In this document: positions 15,443 through 23,120 of the stretch, in pieces
Layout of the letters: every line of letters starts with the position of its first letter
How positions within the stretch are numbered: position 1 is the first letter of the stretch
Notes under the pieces: model-generated
What the model was told of the DNA's origin: nothing
The model's input: only the letters and a program-made list of their open reading frames with translations
Database searches by the model: none
IMG/VR virus record: IMGVR_UViG_2870879507_000003
DNA: 30,371 nt
Direction: 5' to 3' (one strand)
DNA from: a virus
Made by a program: the position numbers and the translations under genes

Positions 15443-16668
15443 GCGCCCACCCGATGCACGGCTACGCCGGCGGCAACAGTCCCGAGCGGTTCCTCGAGTC
15501 GAACGTCGTCGACGGCGTCCCGATGGACTGGGACGACGGCCTGCTCCAGCGAGCGCAGTACGACACGACGACCGACGCCCACGTCAACGCCATCTACACG
15601 GCGACGCTGTACGCCCAGTACAACGGCGAACACGAGTGGTACAACGCGCTGACGCAGGTCGATCGCTTCAACGCCTCGCTCGAGGGGCCGGTCACGGCGA
15701 AGGCCTTCCGCGCGGCGACGAACCCCGTCGACCTGCAGACTCACCCGGAGGGCGGCCAGGTCCCCGACGGCCAGACGATGGGCGTCGAAGACGTCGAGTA
15801 CGACCCCAAGCGGTCGGACTCCGTCATCGAAGTGTCCGACCTGCAGCAGATCTACGCGGCGATCGAGGACGCCGTCGGCTTCGAGGAGTTCTGGGAGCTG
15901 CAGCAGGACCAGCTCGACCTGGCGATCGACCGCGACGGTATCGCCGGCGCGATCTATCAGGGCGACCCCGCCTACTCGGCCACCGACGAGATCACGCCGC
16001 TGGACCGGGCGATCGCCGCCAGCGACGAGGAGGACAACGCGACCGACCCCAACGGCAACGCCTACAACGCCGGTGATCTCGACTACGGGACCGTCGAGCG
16101 GGCGACCGACACCTGGGCCGACTCCTACGTCGACCACAACGGCGCGTCGGGTCCGCGGCAGCTGACGAACGACCTCTTTACGTCGTTCCTGAACTCGTTC
16201 AACGAGTTCGCCGACGTCGACGTCTACAACGACACGGCGATCCTGACGGGCCACGACACCGCGGGCGTCCTCTCGGATCTGGCGGCCGACCGGAACAACG
16301 TTCGCAACCAGGCCGCGATGGCGGACTACGTCCAGGAAGAGGTCGGCGACGGGTCGACGATTCGCGGCCTCTCCGGGACGGCCCGGTACCGCGATTACGA
16401 CGGCATCCCGATCATCGGGAACCAGCACGCCGTCAAGCACGGCGACATCTCGTCGGTCTTCTTGATCCCGACGGACACCATCCGCGGCCAGCCCCGCATC
16501 GCCATCGAGCAGTACGCCGAGCCGTACACGGAGACGGCCGGGCGCGGCCAGACCCAGGGGTACCTCGCGACGGGCAACTACCGCGACGAGGCGCTGATGG
16601 TCCTCAACCATGAGACCGTGGTCCGCGACTTCGCCAGCTGTGGCAAACTCCGGGACCTGAGCGAGTAA
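15439..16668 (+). CDS. Major capsid protein (HK97 fold expected)
   Basis: 409 aa, position after scaffold, strongest C/G-ending codon bias; NAIYTATLYAQYN, YDGIPII, C-terminal GKLRDL. Confidence 0.85.
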   Translation: MSAHPMHGYAGGNSPERFLESNVVDGVPMDWDDGLLQRAQYDTTTDAHVNAIYTATLYAQYNGEHEWYNALTQVDRFNASLEGPVTAKAFRAATNPVDLQTHPEGGQVPDGQTMGVEDVEYDPKRSDSVIEVSDLQQIYAAIEDAVGFEEFWELQQDQLDLAIDRDGIAGAIYQGDPAYSATDEITPLDRAIAASDEEDNATDPNGNAYNAGDLDYGTVERATDTWADSYVDHNGASGPRQLTNDLFTSFLNSFNEFADVDVYNDTAILTGHDTAGVLSDLAADRNNVRNQAAMADYVQEEVGDGSTIRGLSGTARYRDYDGIPIIGNQHAVKHGDISSVFLIPTDTIRGQPRIAIEQYAEPYTETAGRGQTQGYLATGNYRDEALMVLNHETVVRDFASCGKLRDLSE

Positions 16669-16674
16669 CGCTCC

Positions 16675-16998
16675 ATGACTGACGACACCACCACCATCAC
16701 TGTTAGTATCGCATTCGACGATCACGTCTACGTCCGGCAGGTCACGGGCACGCACTGGGCCCGCGACGACGACGATCGACTGTACGTCTACGACGACGAC
16801 CGAACCGTCCTCGAGGTCGGCCCCAGTGCCGACGTCCTCGAAGTGATGCGCGAGGACGAGATCGACACCGCCGCGATCATCGACCGCCACACGCTGCCGG
16901 ACACACCCGACGACCAGTCCGCTGACGAAGACACTGACAGCGACAACGACGCCGGCAACGGTCAGGAGCCGGTCGACACCACCGCCACCACTACGTAA
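16675..16998 (+). CDS. Hypothetical protein
   Basis: Typical codon usage; acidic tail. Confidence 0.62.
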   Translation: MTDDTTTITVSIAFDDHVYVRQVTGTHWARDDDDRLYVYDDDRTVLEVGPSADVLEVMREDEIDTAAIIDRHTLPDTPDDQSADEDTDSDNDAGNGQEPVDTTATTT

Positions 16999-17000
16999 TC

Positions 17001-17873
17001 ATGCCAGTCATCACACTCCCCAGCGCCGAAGAGTTCGAAGAGAAGGATCACGCCGAAGTCGAGTTCGTCGGCTTTCGATACACCGGAGACCGATCGATCC
17101 GTACCGATCACGACCTTCGCGAGCGGGCGGGATACAACGGCCCTGGAAAGTTCCAACAGGGCCGGACCTACCTCGCCCTCTTACCGACGTATCTCGATCC
17201 GGATCACGTCGAGAACTCCAACATGGGCGTCCACGCCCTCGAAGCACGCAACGACTTCGAGGTGATCTACGACCCGTCAGAACTCGCCGCGGCGCTCCTC
17301 GAGCGCAACTACCTCCCGCCGGAGGTCTTCTACGAGGGGTTCGACCGCTGGAAGCGCCAGAAGGTCTTCGACAAGCTGGACCTCGAGGACGCCGGCCGCG
17401 TCCACGAGAAGGACGACGAGACGCCGTTCCGTGAGCAACTCCGCAAACTCGCCGGCATCGAGCGCGACGACAGCGAGTCGGCCTCGAAGCAGCGCACTGA
17501 CGAGTACATCTCCCGGTTCTCGCGCTCGGAAGCCACGGCGGTCGTCCAGGACCTGCGCCAGCAGGCGCTCCCCGAGCCGCCGTTCGACCCCAGCGAGCAC
17601 ACGATCGGCAGCCTCGAGGACACACTCGAGACTGGTGCAGATGAAAAGTGGGACATTGAGACGCTCCGAGCGCTGCTCGTGGCCGAGCGTGCCGGTGACG
17701 ATCGCAAAGGAGCTCGCGAGGCGATCAGAGCCATCGCCAGCGACGATCTCGAATCGGGTGACGACTGGATCGACGTCGAGTCGGCCGGCCTCACGGACAT
17801 GGCCGAGTACATGACGCGCTTCGACCCCGCGACGGTCGAGGACGCCGTCGACGCCGCGCTCGACGAGGAGTGA
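17001..17873 (+). CDS. Hypothetical protein with C-terminal HeH/Rho-N-like helical motif
   Basis: SEHTIGSLEDTL...LRALLVAERAGDDRKGAREAI pattern seen in phage head-region proteins. Confidence 0.68.
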   Translation: MPVITLPSAEEFEEKDHAEVEFVGFRYTGDRSIRTDHDLRERAGYNGPGKFQQGRTYLALLPTYLDPDHVENSNMGVHALEARNDFEVIYDPSELAAALLERNYLPPEVFYEGFDRWKRQKVFDKLDLEDAGRVHEKDDETPFREQLRKLAGIERDDSESASKQRTDEYISRFSRSEATAVVQDLRQQALPEPPFDPSEHTIGSLEDTLETGADEKWDIETLRALLVAERAGDDRKGAREAIRAIASDDLESGDDWIDVESAGLTDMAEYMTRFDPATVEDAVDAALDEE

Positions 17874-17878
17874 TCGCG

Positions 17879-17971
17879 ATGGATCGTGCCGGCCGAGTCT
17901 GGAAAACCGTGTTCCTGCTGTTCGTCCTGTGGTACCTCGTCGCTGCCATATGCGTGGTGATCGGGCTGTGA
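17879..17971 (+). CDS. 30-aa single-TM peptide MDRAGRVWKTVFLLFVLWYLVAAICVVIGL (not in ORF track)
   Basis: GAGGAGTGA upstream; stop overlaps next ATG (TGATG). Confidence 0.5.
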   Translation: MDRAGRVWKTVFLLFVLWYLVAAICVVIGL

Positions 17972-18126
17972 TGTTGGCTGAGCATGAACTCAAGATGCGC
18001 CGACGAGGGGCCGACCACACTGCCGAACTCGTGGACCTCGCCGCCCAGGACGCCAGCGGTGTAAAAGCCACGTCAATGTACCGTGAGGAAAAGCAACGCC
18101 GCCTCGACCAGCTGGAGGTCGACTAA
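17971..18126 (+). CDS. Small hypothetical protein (MLAEHELKMRRRG...)
   Basis: ATG overlapping previous stop; fills gap to adaptor gene. Confidence 0.45.
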   Translation: MLAEHELKMRRRGADHTAELVDLAAQDASGVKATSMYREEKQRRLDQLEVD

Positions 18127-18129
18127 CCC

Positions 18130-19053
18130 ATGCCCGTCCCGTACTGTCTCCCGATCGACGTTCTGCGGCGGTTCGACCCGTCTCTGACCGTCCAGGATCT
18201 GGGCTCGCCCATCTTCGGTCTGGACGACATGCAGCAGATCGAGGCGCGGATTCGGGCCACCTCCCAGGAGTTCGACCGCGAGACGACCACCCAGCTCCGG
18301 CAACTTCGGACTGGCTCGCCGGGCTCGCCGCCGACCTACGAGCACCAGGACGCCCGCCGCCAGCCCGGCCGGTTTCCACTCGAGATCTCGCTCGACAACT
18401 CCGACATCGTCCCGATCGACCCCGACGCCGGCGACGTGCTGGAAGTGCGGACCGGTCGCGACGACTGGGACGATGTCACCGACCGGCGCGGTGACGAGTG
18501 GATCCTCCGTAACGACGTGGGCGCGCTGAAGATCTTCCGCTTGCTCATCCGCCGGATCTACTGGGAAGCGCCCGACGAACGGTACCTCCGGACGACCTAC
18601 CGGTATGGGGCGCTGGGCGGCGGGCAGGATCGTGGCGGGCAGACCACGCTCGCCAGCGACGTCGACGACACTACGGAGACGCTCACCGTCGCCGACGCAT
18701 CGCGCTTGCCGGCTGACGGTGGCGTCGTCCTCCTCGCCGAGCCGGAGATCGCAGACAACGAGTACGTCCTGGTAACCGACGTCGATCACGAGACGGACAC
18801 GCTGACGGTCCTCCGTGGCGATCGCGGGACGGCATCCGCGAGCCACACCGAAGGTGCGACCGTCCACTACTGCCCGCTGAACGTTCGCGACGCCGTTGCC
18901 GGGCAGGTCGCGGTCGAACTGACGCGCTCGGACCTCTCCATGGAGCGTCAGGATGGCACCAACGCCAAGGTCGACCCAGGGCAGAAGATCGATGACTGGG
19001 AGGCGGAGTTCGAGGACACGAAAGCCACCTACAGCGGCTTTTCGAATGGGTAA
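18130..19053 (+). CDS. Putative head-tail adaptor with appended beta-rich domain
   Basis: N-terminal YCLPIDV and later VRDAVAGQVA resemble gp15/gp6 adaptors; TTLASDV...LRGDRGTASASHTEGATV insert. Confidence 0.62.
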   Translation: MPVPYCLPIDVLRRFDPSLTVQDLGSPIFGLDDMQQIEARIRATSQEFDRETTTQLRQLRTGSPGSPPTYEHQDARRQPGRFPLEISLDNSDIVPIDPDAGDVLEVRTGRDDWDDVTDRRGDEWILRNDVGALKIFRLLIRRIYWEAPDERYLRTTYRYGALGGGQDRGGQTTLASDVDDTTETLTVADASRLPADGGVVLLAEPEIADNEYVLVTDVDHETDTLTVLRGDRGTASASHTEGATVHYCPLNVRDAVAGQVAVELTRSDLSMERQDGTNAKVDPGQKIDDWEAEFEDTKATYSGFSNG

Positions 19054-19056
19054 CCC

Positions 19057-19524
19057 ATGGAACTCGATGCAAGCTTCGAGGACGCTGCCCGCGAGGCGAT
19101 CCTCGACGACGTCGAAGCCAAACTCGCCGGCGAGGCGGACAACCTTCTCTTCCAGGCGATTTCGGTCGCGCACGGCCGCCTGGATCGCTACGGTCGCGAG
19201 CTGGACTACAACGTCGAGCCGATCAAAGAGTCGCTGGTCGTCGAGGACGTCCAGCGGGACGACAATTCGGTCACTGTCCGCTTCGGCTGGGAACACGAGG
19301 CCAGCGTCTACCTCGAGTACGGAACCTCAGACCACGAAATAAGTGGAGATCCGATTCTCAGCTTCATATGGGAGGACGATGTCCCGGACTGGGTCGCCGA
19401 AGAGTTCGAGGAAGAGGGCGACGGCTACCGCGTCTTCCTGCCAGAGGTCGAAGTCGCCGGCATCGAGGAGGTTCGCTACGCCCGCGAAGCACTCCGCTGG
19501 CTCCGCCAGCAACTGGAGGACTGA
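19057..19524 (+). CDS. Putative neck protein (HK97 gp10-like)
   Basis: VRFGWEHEASVYLEYGT...V.GIEEVRYAREAL resembles YA.yvEyGT...pf...a; position. Confidence 0.6.
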   Translation: MELDASFEDAAREAILDDVEAKLAGEADNLLFQAISVAHGRLDRYGRELDYNVEPIKESLVVEDVQRDDNSVTVRFGWEHEASVYLEYGTSDHEISGDPILSFIWEDDVPDWVAEEFEEEGDGYRVFLPEVEVAGIEEVRYAREALRWLRQQLED

Positions 19525-19527
19525 TCC

Positions 19528-19647
19528 ATGACTGATATACCCACATTCGCCGTCACCGTTACTCTCAGCGTCGTCGCCAGCACAATCGCCAGCTACTACG
19601 TCACTCGCTGGTACGCTGCGTGGCGACTCTCCAGCCTGGAGGGCTAA
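19528..19647 (+). CDS. 39-aa single-TM peptide MTDIPTFAVTVTLSVVASTIASYYVTRWYAAWRLSSLEG (not in ORF track)
   Basis: GGAGG upstream, fills gap exactly between neck genes, hydrophobic stretch. Confidence 0.5.
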   Translation: MTDIPTFAVTVTLSVVASTIASYYVTRWYAAWRLSSLEG

Positions 19648-19650
19648 CCC

Positions 19651-20172
19651 ATGGCTGACTACGCACTCGTCGAGTGGACGCTGGATACGATCGCCGCCAA
19701 CTACGACCCGAGCGTCGTCGACACGACGCTGCCCGTCCTCGAGGACGACGTCGACGGCACGGTCTACGAGATCGACACGTCGACGGGCGACCGCTCCGAG
19801 GTCGGGCGGCGATACAAACCCGACTGGACGGACACGAACGTCGTGACGATCGACGCCAACCCCGAGCGCCAGCAAGAGCCCAGCGGCACCGAGTACGATC
19901 TCAAAGCGACCGATGCCGTCGGCGTCCGGATCATGGGGGCCCACGCTGCGCAGGGCGGGGAACTCGACGGTCCAGGGGCGTTCCGGACACTCCGGCGCGA
20001 GGTCGAGCGGGCGCTGCTGGCCGAGCGGACGTCGTTCCCGACGGCGGGCGGGATCACCTACCACTCGGCCGTGCCACAATCCGCCGGCCGGCCGCCGACG
20101 GCCCAGGACCAGACCAACATCTCCGGCTGGGACTACGATCTGGAGTTCCGCTGCTTCGAGGATCTACCTTGA
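19651..20172 (+). CDS. Putative tail completion/terminator protein
   Basis: 173 aa, last neck gene before tail tube; typical codon usage. Confidence 0.58.
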   Translation: MADYALVEWTLDTIAANYDPSVVDTTLPVLEDDVDGTVYEIDTSTGDRSEVGRRYKPDWTDTNVVTIDANPERQQEPSGTEYDLKATDAVGVRIMGAHAAQGGELDGPGAFRTLRREVERALLAERTSFPTAGGITYHSAVPQSAGRPPTAQDQTNISGWDYDLEFRCFEDLP

Positions 20173-20190
20173 CGCTCTTTTGCGGCCGTT

Positions 20191-20496
20191 TCAGGACGGC
20201 AGGGTAGAAGAATCGCCGACAAACCGATCGTAATGGTCTTCGCACAGGAACAGGTGCTCAATCTGCCGAATACTTTCGGTGGGGAATGTAGACCCTGCCT
20301 CACGCATCTCTTCGAGAGTTTGGGTGCCATATTCAGCAATCTGGTCACATTCGCCACACCGGTTTCCAGTGCTTTGGGCTTCGATGAGGCGCATTTTGCA
20401 TCGGCGACAGATGATTCCGACCGAGTCTGACGGGTCGTCTTTATGTACCAACATTTCTGTTTCTTTCCGATCGGATTGGCAGACTGAGCACTCCAT
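20191..20496 (-). CDS. Accessory double zinc-finger protein, opposite strand
   Basis: CSVC, CRRC, CGEC, CEDH; AT-richer than flanks; AT-rich upstream region. Confidence 0.62.
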   Translation of the reverse strand: MECSVCQSDRKETEMLVHKDDPSDSVGIICRRCKMRLIEAQSTGNRCGECDQIAEYGTQTLEEMREAGSTFPTESIRQIEHLFLCEDHYDRFVGDSSTLPS

Positions 20497-20552
20497 ACCT
20501 GAAAATTCATTCTCTTGTTAGAAATGCGTTACCCATGCGAGAGACGAAACAG

Positions 20553-20585
20553 CCCGATGACGCCCCGAAGTCCTGGGGTCGAGGG
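20553..20585 (+). ncRNA. Putative kink-turn RNA motif upstream of tail-tube gene
   Basis: CCC(20553-55)-GAT bulge-GA(20559-60)-C-G-CCCC/GGGG hairpin-T-C-GA(20581-82)-GGG(20583-85). Confidence 0.55.
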
Positions 20586-20617
20586 ATAGGCACCGAGCGA
20601 TTTTGGAGGTAATCACC

Positions 20618-20680
20618 ATGGTGAGAGTAACGTACGACAAGAGTACAGACAGCAATACGAACAGAGGTGGTGAGCGGTGA
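20618..20680 (+). CDS. Putative 20-aa leader peptide MVRVTYDKSTDSNTNRGGER coupled to tail tube
   Basis: SD GGAGGT 20605-20610 correctly spaced; stop overlaps tail-tube GTG (GTGA). Confidence 0.38.
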   Translation: MVRVTYDKSTDSNTNRGGER

Positions 20681-21597
20681 GCGGAGCAGGCGCGGCCACC
20701 GTCGCGTTCGCCCTTGAGCAGGACTGGCGCGGCAGTCTCGCCGACAGCGACAGCGACGGCAACACGGACTACTACCTGCCGGGCAAGGACGTCGAGGTGA
20801 CGGACGGCCCCACCTACGAGAACAACCTCGAAGACGTCGACCTACCCGGGCAAGTCGAAAGCGACGAGTCGATCGCCGGCCACGCCCAGGGCTCGTTCAC
20901 GGTCGAGTGGGCGATGAGCCTCGAGCGCAAGATCGAGGAACTCATCTTCAACAGCGGCGGGACGACATGGACCAGCGGTCAGGTCCAGTCCTCGAAGTGG
21001 TTTTTCGGGCTGGATTACCTGTCAGGAACAGCAGAGCGCGCCGTGGACGGCGTCAAGCCCGACAGTTATACCGTCTCCTACGACGACGAGACGAACACGA
21101 TTCGGGAATCGCTGACGTGCAGCTACGCATCCGAGGAGTTCAACACCACGATCACACCGTCGAGCATCCAGATGCCGGCGAGTGGCGAGACGGTCCCGTT
21201 CCACGGTGCAAGCCTCGACATCAATGCTGTCCCGCAGGCCAAGCTCTCGACCGCGGAACTATCGATCAACGACATCTCACAGTTCGTCTGGGACACCGAG
21301 CGGCCGCCAGTCAACGCCGTCATGAGCAAGCCCGACGTCGAGCTATCGCTGGAGGCGGTCTTCAGCGAACCCGACCAGTACGAACTCGCGCTCGGCGGGG
21401 CTGACGCGACGACCACGCAAGACCAGCTCGAGGCCGTCCAGGCGGTGCTGGCCTTTGCGGTCGCTGGCACGCCCGCGACGGAGTTTACACTCTCGTCGAC
21501 GAAGGTCGGCCAGTACGACTGGGGCAGTCTCGTCGCGAGTGAAAATACAACCGAGTCGCTCACGCTCGACGTCAACGGGACGGAGGTGACGGCCTGA
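20677..21597 (+). CDS. Major tail (tail tube) protein
   Basis: 306 aa beta-rich; YYLPGKDVEV, GSFTVEW, VELSLEAVF; position before chaperone and tape measure. Confidence 0.82.
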   Translation: MSGAGAATVAFALEQDWRGSLADSDSDGNTDYYLPGKDVEVTDGPTYENNLEDVDLPGQVESDESIAGHAQGSFTVEWAMSLERKIEELIFNSGGTTWTSGQVQSSKWFFGLDYLSGTAERAVDGVKPDSYTVSYDDETNTIRESLTCSYASEEFNTTITPSSIQMPASGETVPFHGASLDINAVPQAKLSTAELSINDISQFVWDTERPPVNAVMSKPDVELSLEAVFSEPDQYELALGGADATTTQDQLEAVQAVLAFAVAGTPATEFTLSSTKVGQYDWGSLVASENTTESLTLDVNGTEVTA

Positions 21598-22127
21598 TGC
21601 CGCTTCGTGAGGAGACGATCGTCTTCGAACAGGAACTCGATCGCCTCGAAGAGCGTCGCGAAGAGTTGGCCGAAGCAGTCGCCACGATGGACGAAGACAA
21701 TCCCAAGCTCCCACAGAAAGCCCAGGAGGGCCGGAACATCGACGCCTACCTTGACGGCGTCGAGTGGGCAATGACAGCCCACGAGGACGACGACGTCCCG
21801 GTGTGGGATAAAGACGTCAACGCGATCACGCTGGCCGGGCTCACAGGCGGCGAGTTCGGCGGCCTGGAGAAGGAGGTCGCCGAAGCAGGCGAGGAAAGCA
21901 ACGCTGGCCCCACTGGCGTTCAGCGCGTCTATCAAGTTCGTGCGGGGACGGTCGATGCGCCGTATCTGGACGATGGGATGTCCGAGACCGAGGAGATCGT
22001 CGCCGTCGCGAGCCTCCCGATCGGCTTTTTAAAGTGGGGGGAGTACAAAGTCGATCACCTCTCGTCGGTGGGAAACGGCGAGCGGGGGAGCTTCGGCGAA
22101 TTGGTCGCGGAGAAGCAGAGCACGTAG
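21597..22127 (+). CDS. Tail assembly chaperone (lambda gpG analogue)
   Basis: Follows tail tube (TGATG overlap); in-frame slippery heptamers near the 3' end. Confidence 0.72.
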   Translation: MPLREETIVFEQELDRLEERREELAEAVATMDEDNPKLPQKAQEGRNIDAYLDGVEWAMTAHEDDDVPVWDKDVNAITLAGLTGGEFGGLEKEVAEAGEESNAGPTGVQRVYQVRAGTVDAPYLDDGMSETEEIVAVASLPIGFLKWGEYKVDHLSSVGNGERGSFGELVAEKQST

Positions 22128-22291
22128 CCAAGGCCGCACTCCGCGACTATGCGATCGGCTCACTCCTCTACCGCGGCCACTCCCCCGAGGCGATCAAAGA
22201 CTACGCCTGGCGAGACATCCAGCTGTATCTCGAACTCGAGCACACGCTCGACGTACGATCCTCGCTCGGCGGCTTCCCCGACGGGGATTGA
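22034..22291 (+). CDS. Frameshift extension of chaperone (gpGT-like T portion)
   Basis: -1 frame overlapping chaperone end; LRDYAIGSLLYRGHSPEAIKDYAWRDIQLYL fits T-like helical extension. Confidence 0.62.
   Translation: MGGVQSRSPLVGGKRRAGELRRIGRGEAEHVAKAALRDYAIGSLLYRGHSPEAIKDYAWRDIQLYLELEHTLDVRSSLGGFPDGD
22070..22076 (+). promoter_or_regulatory. Programmed -1 frameshift site G GGA AAC
   Basis: X XXY YYZ in chaperone frame (GGA codon starts 22071); -1 frame open to 22291. Confidence 0.65.
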
Positions 22292-22327
22292 CCCAACAGC
22301 AAAGTAGCCACCCATACACTTACCCAT

Positions 22328-23089
22328 ATGAACCGTCGAACGTACCTCGCGGCGCTGTCCACGGCCGCCGTGGGCGTAGTCGCGGGGTGTGGGACGGGTG
22401 TTGCACCTGGCGGCGAAGAAACACGGACAGTGACAGAAACTGCAACCCCCACTCACACATCTACACGGACTGCAACGACGACAACAGCGGCCCCTGTCGT
22501 TGACGCAACGGTACGGAACTCCGATCTCGTGGTTCGGGAGACTGATTATCGCACCAATGCGTTTGCAACCGGCGTGGTCGAAAACGGCGACGCTCCGCTC
22601 CTCTCGCTCTCTGTGCTGGCGAAATTCTATGACGACGACGGTTCGTTACTGAACTCGGGGTATGCCCAAGCGATGGCTGTGTTGTCCAACGAGGTATGGG
22701 CGCCGTGGATCCGGTACGGCGGCGATGGAGCCGACGTCAACGAGATCGGACTATCCATCGATAGTGCCTCACCATTCTCAGGCGAGTCGCTATCGAGTGG
22801 AGGCAACGCATTCATTATCGAATCCCAACAACTCGAGATCGCATCAGACGAAAACGCGCCACCAGTGTTTTCGGGAAAGGTCCGGAAAACGAGCGAGACA
22901 ACAACACCCCGGGTCCGAATTATCGGGAAGTTCTACGATGGGAGTGACAGACTCCTCACAACGGCAACGGACGTCGTGTCGGACATGGCAGTCGGCGAAA
23001 CGTGGTCGTTCAGTACGCCAGTTTTGATGACACCCCGCAGCCGGGCCGACGAGATCACGCAGTACGGCGGGTTGTTATACTATCGGTAA
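22328..23089 (+). CDS. Tat-exported lipoprotein with two FxLYD-like domains (accessory insert)
   Basis: MNRRTYL twin-arginine, lipobox VAGC, Thr-rich linker, AKFYDDDG and GKFYDGSD repeats; AT-richer codons. Confidence 0.85.
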   Translation: MNRRTYLAALSTAAVGVVAGCGTGVAPGGEETRTVTETATPTHTSTRTATTTTAAPVVDATVRNSDLVVRETDYRTNAFATGVVENGDAPLLSLSVLAKFYDDDGSLLNSGYAQAMAVLSNEVWAPWIRYGGDGADVNEIGLSIDSASPFSGESLSSGGNAFIIESQQLEIASDENAPPVFSGKVRKTSETTTPRVRIIGKFYDGSDRLLTTATDVVSDMAVGETWSFSTPVLMTPRSRADEITQYGGLLYYR

Positions 23090-23120
23090 CTGCGGGACAG
23101 CGGTTTAGGTGATAGCACTC

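Noticed and set aside
12925-16890. Long minus-strand ORFs (12925-14592, 15067-16890; similarly 9569-10405, 18073-19296)
   Set aside because: Shadow frames of GAC/GAG-rich acidic genes; V/L/R-rich with no motifs and fully overlapping well-supported plus-strand genes
20545-20590. Hammerhead ribozyme (CGAAAC and CCGATGA nearby)
   Set aside because: Core would need CUGAUGA and GAAA flanking stem II plus stems I and III; order and spacing do not fit; k-turn fits better
20535-20612. 25-aa ORF MRETKQPDDAPKSWGRGIGTERFWR across the k-turn
   Set aside because: No SD, no recognisable features; the sequence is better explained as structured leader, though leaderless translation is not excluded
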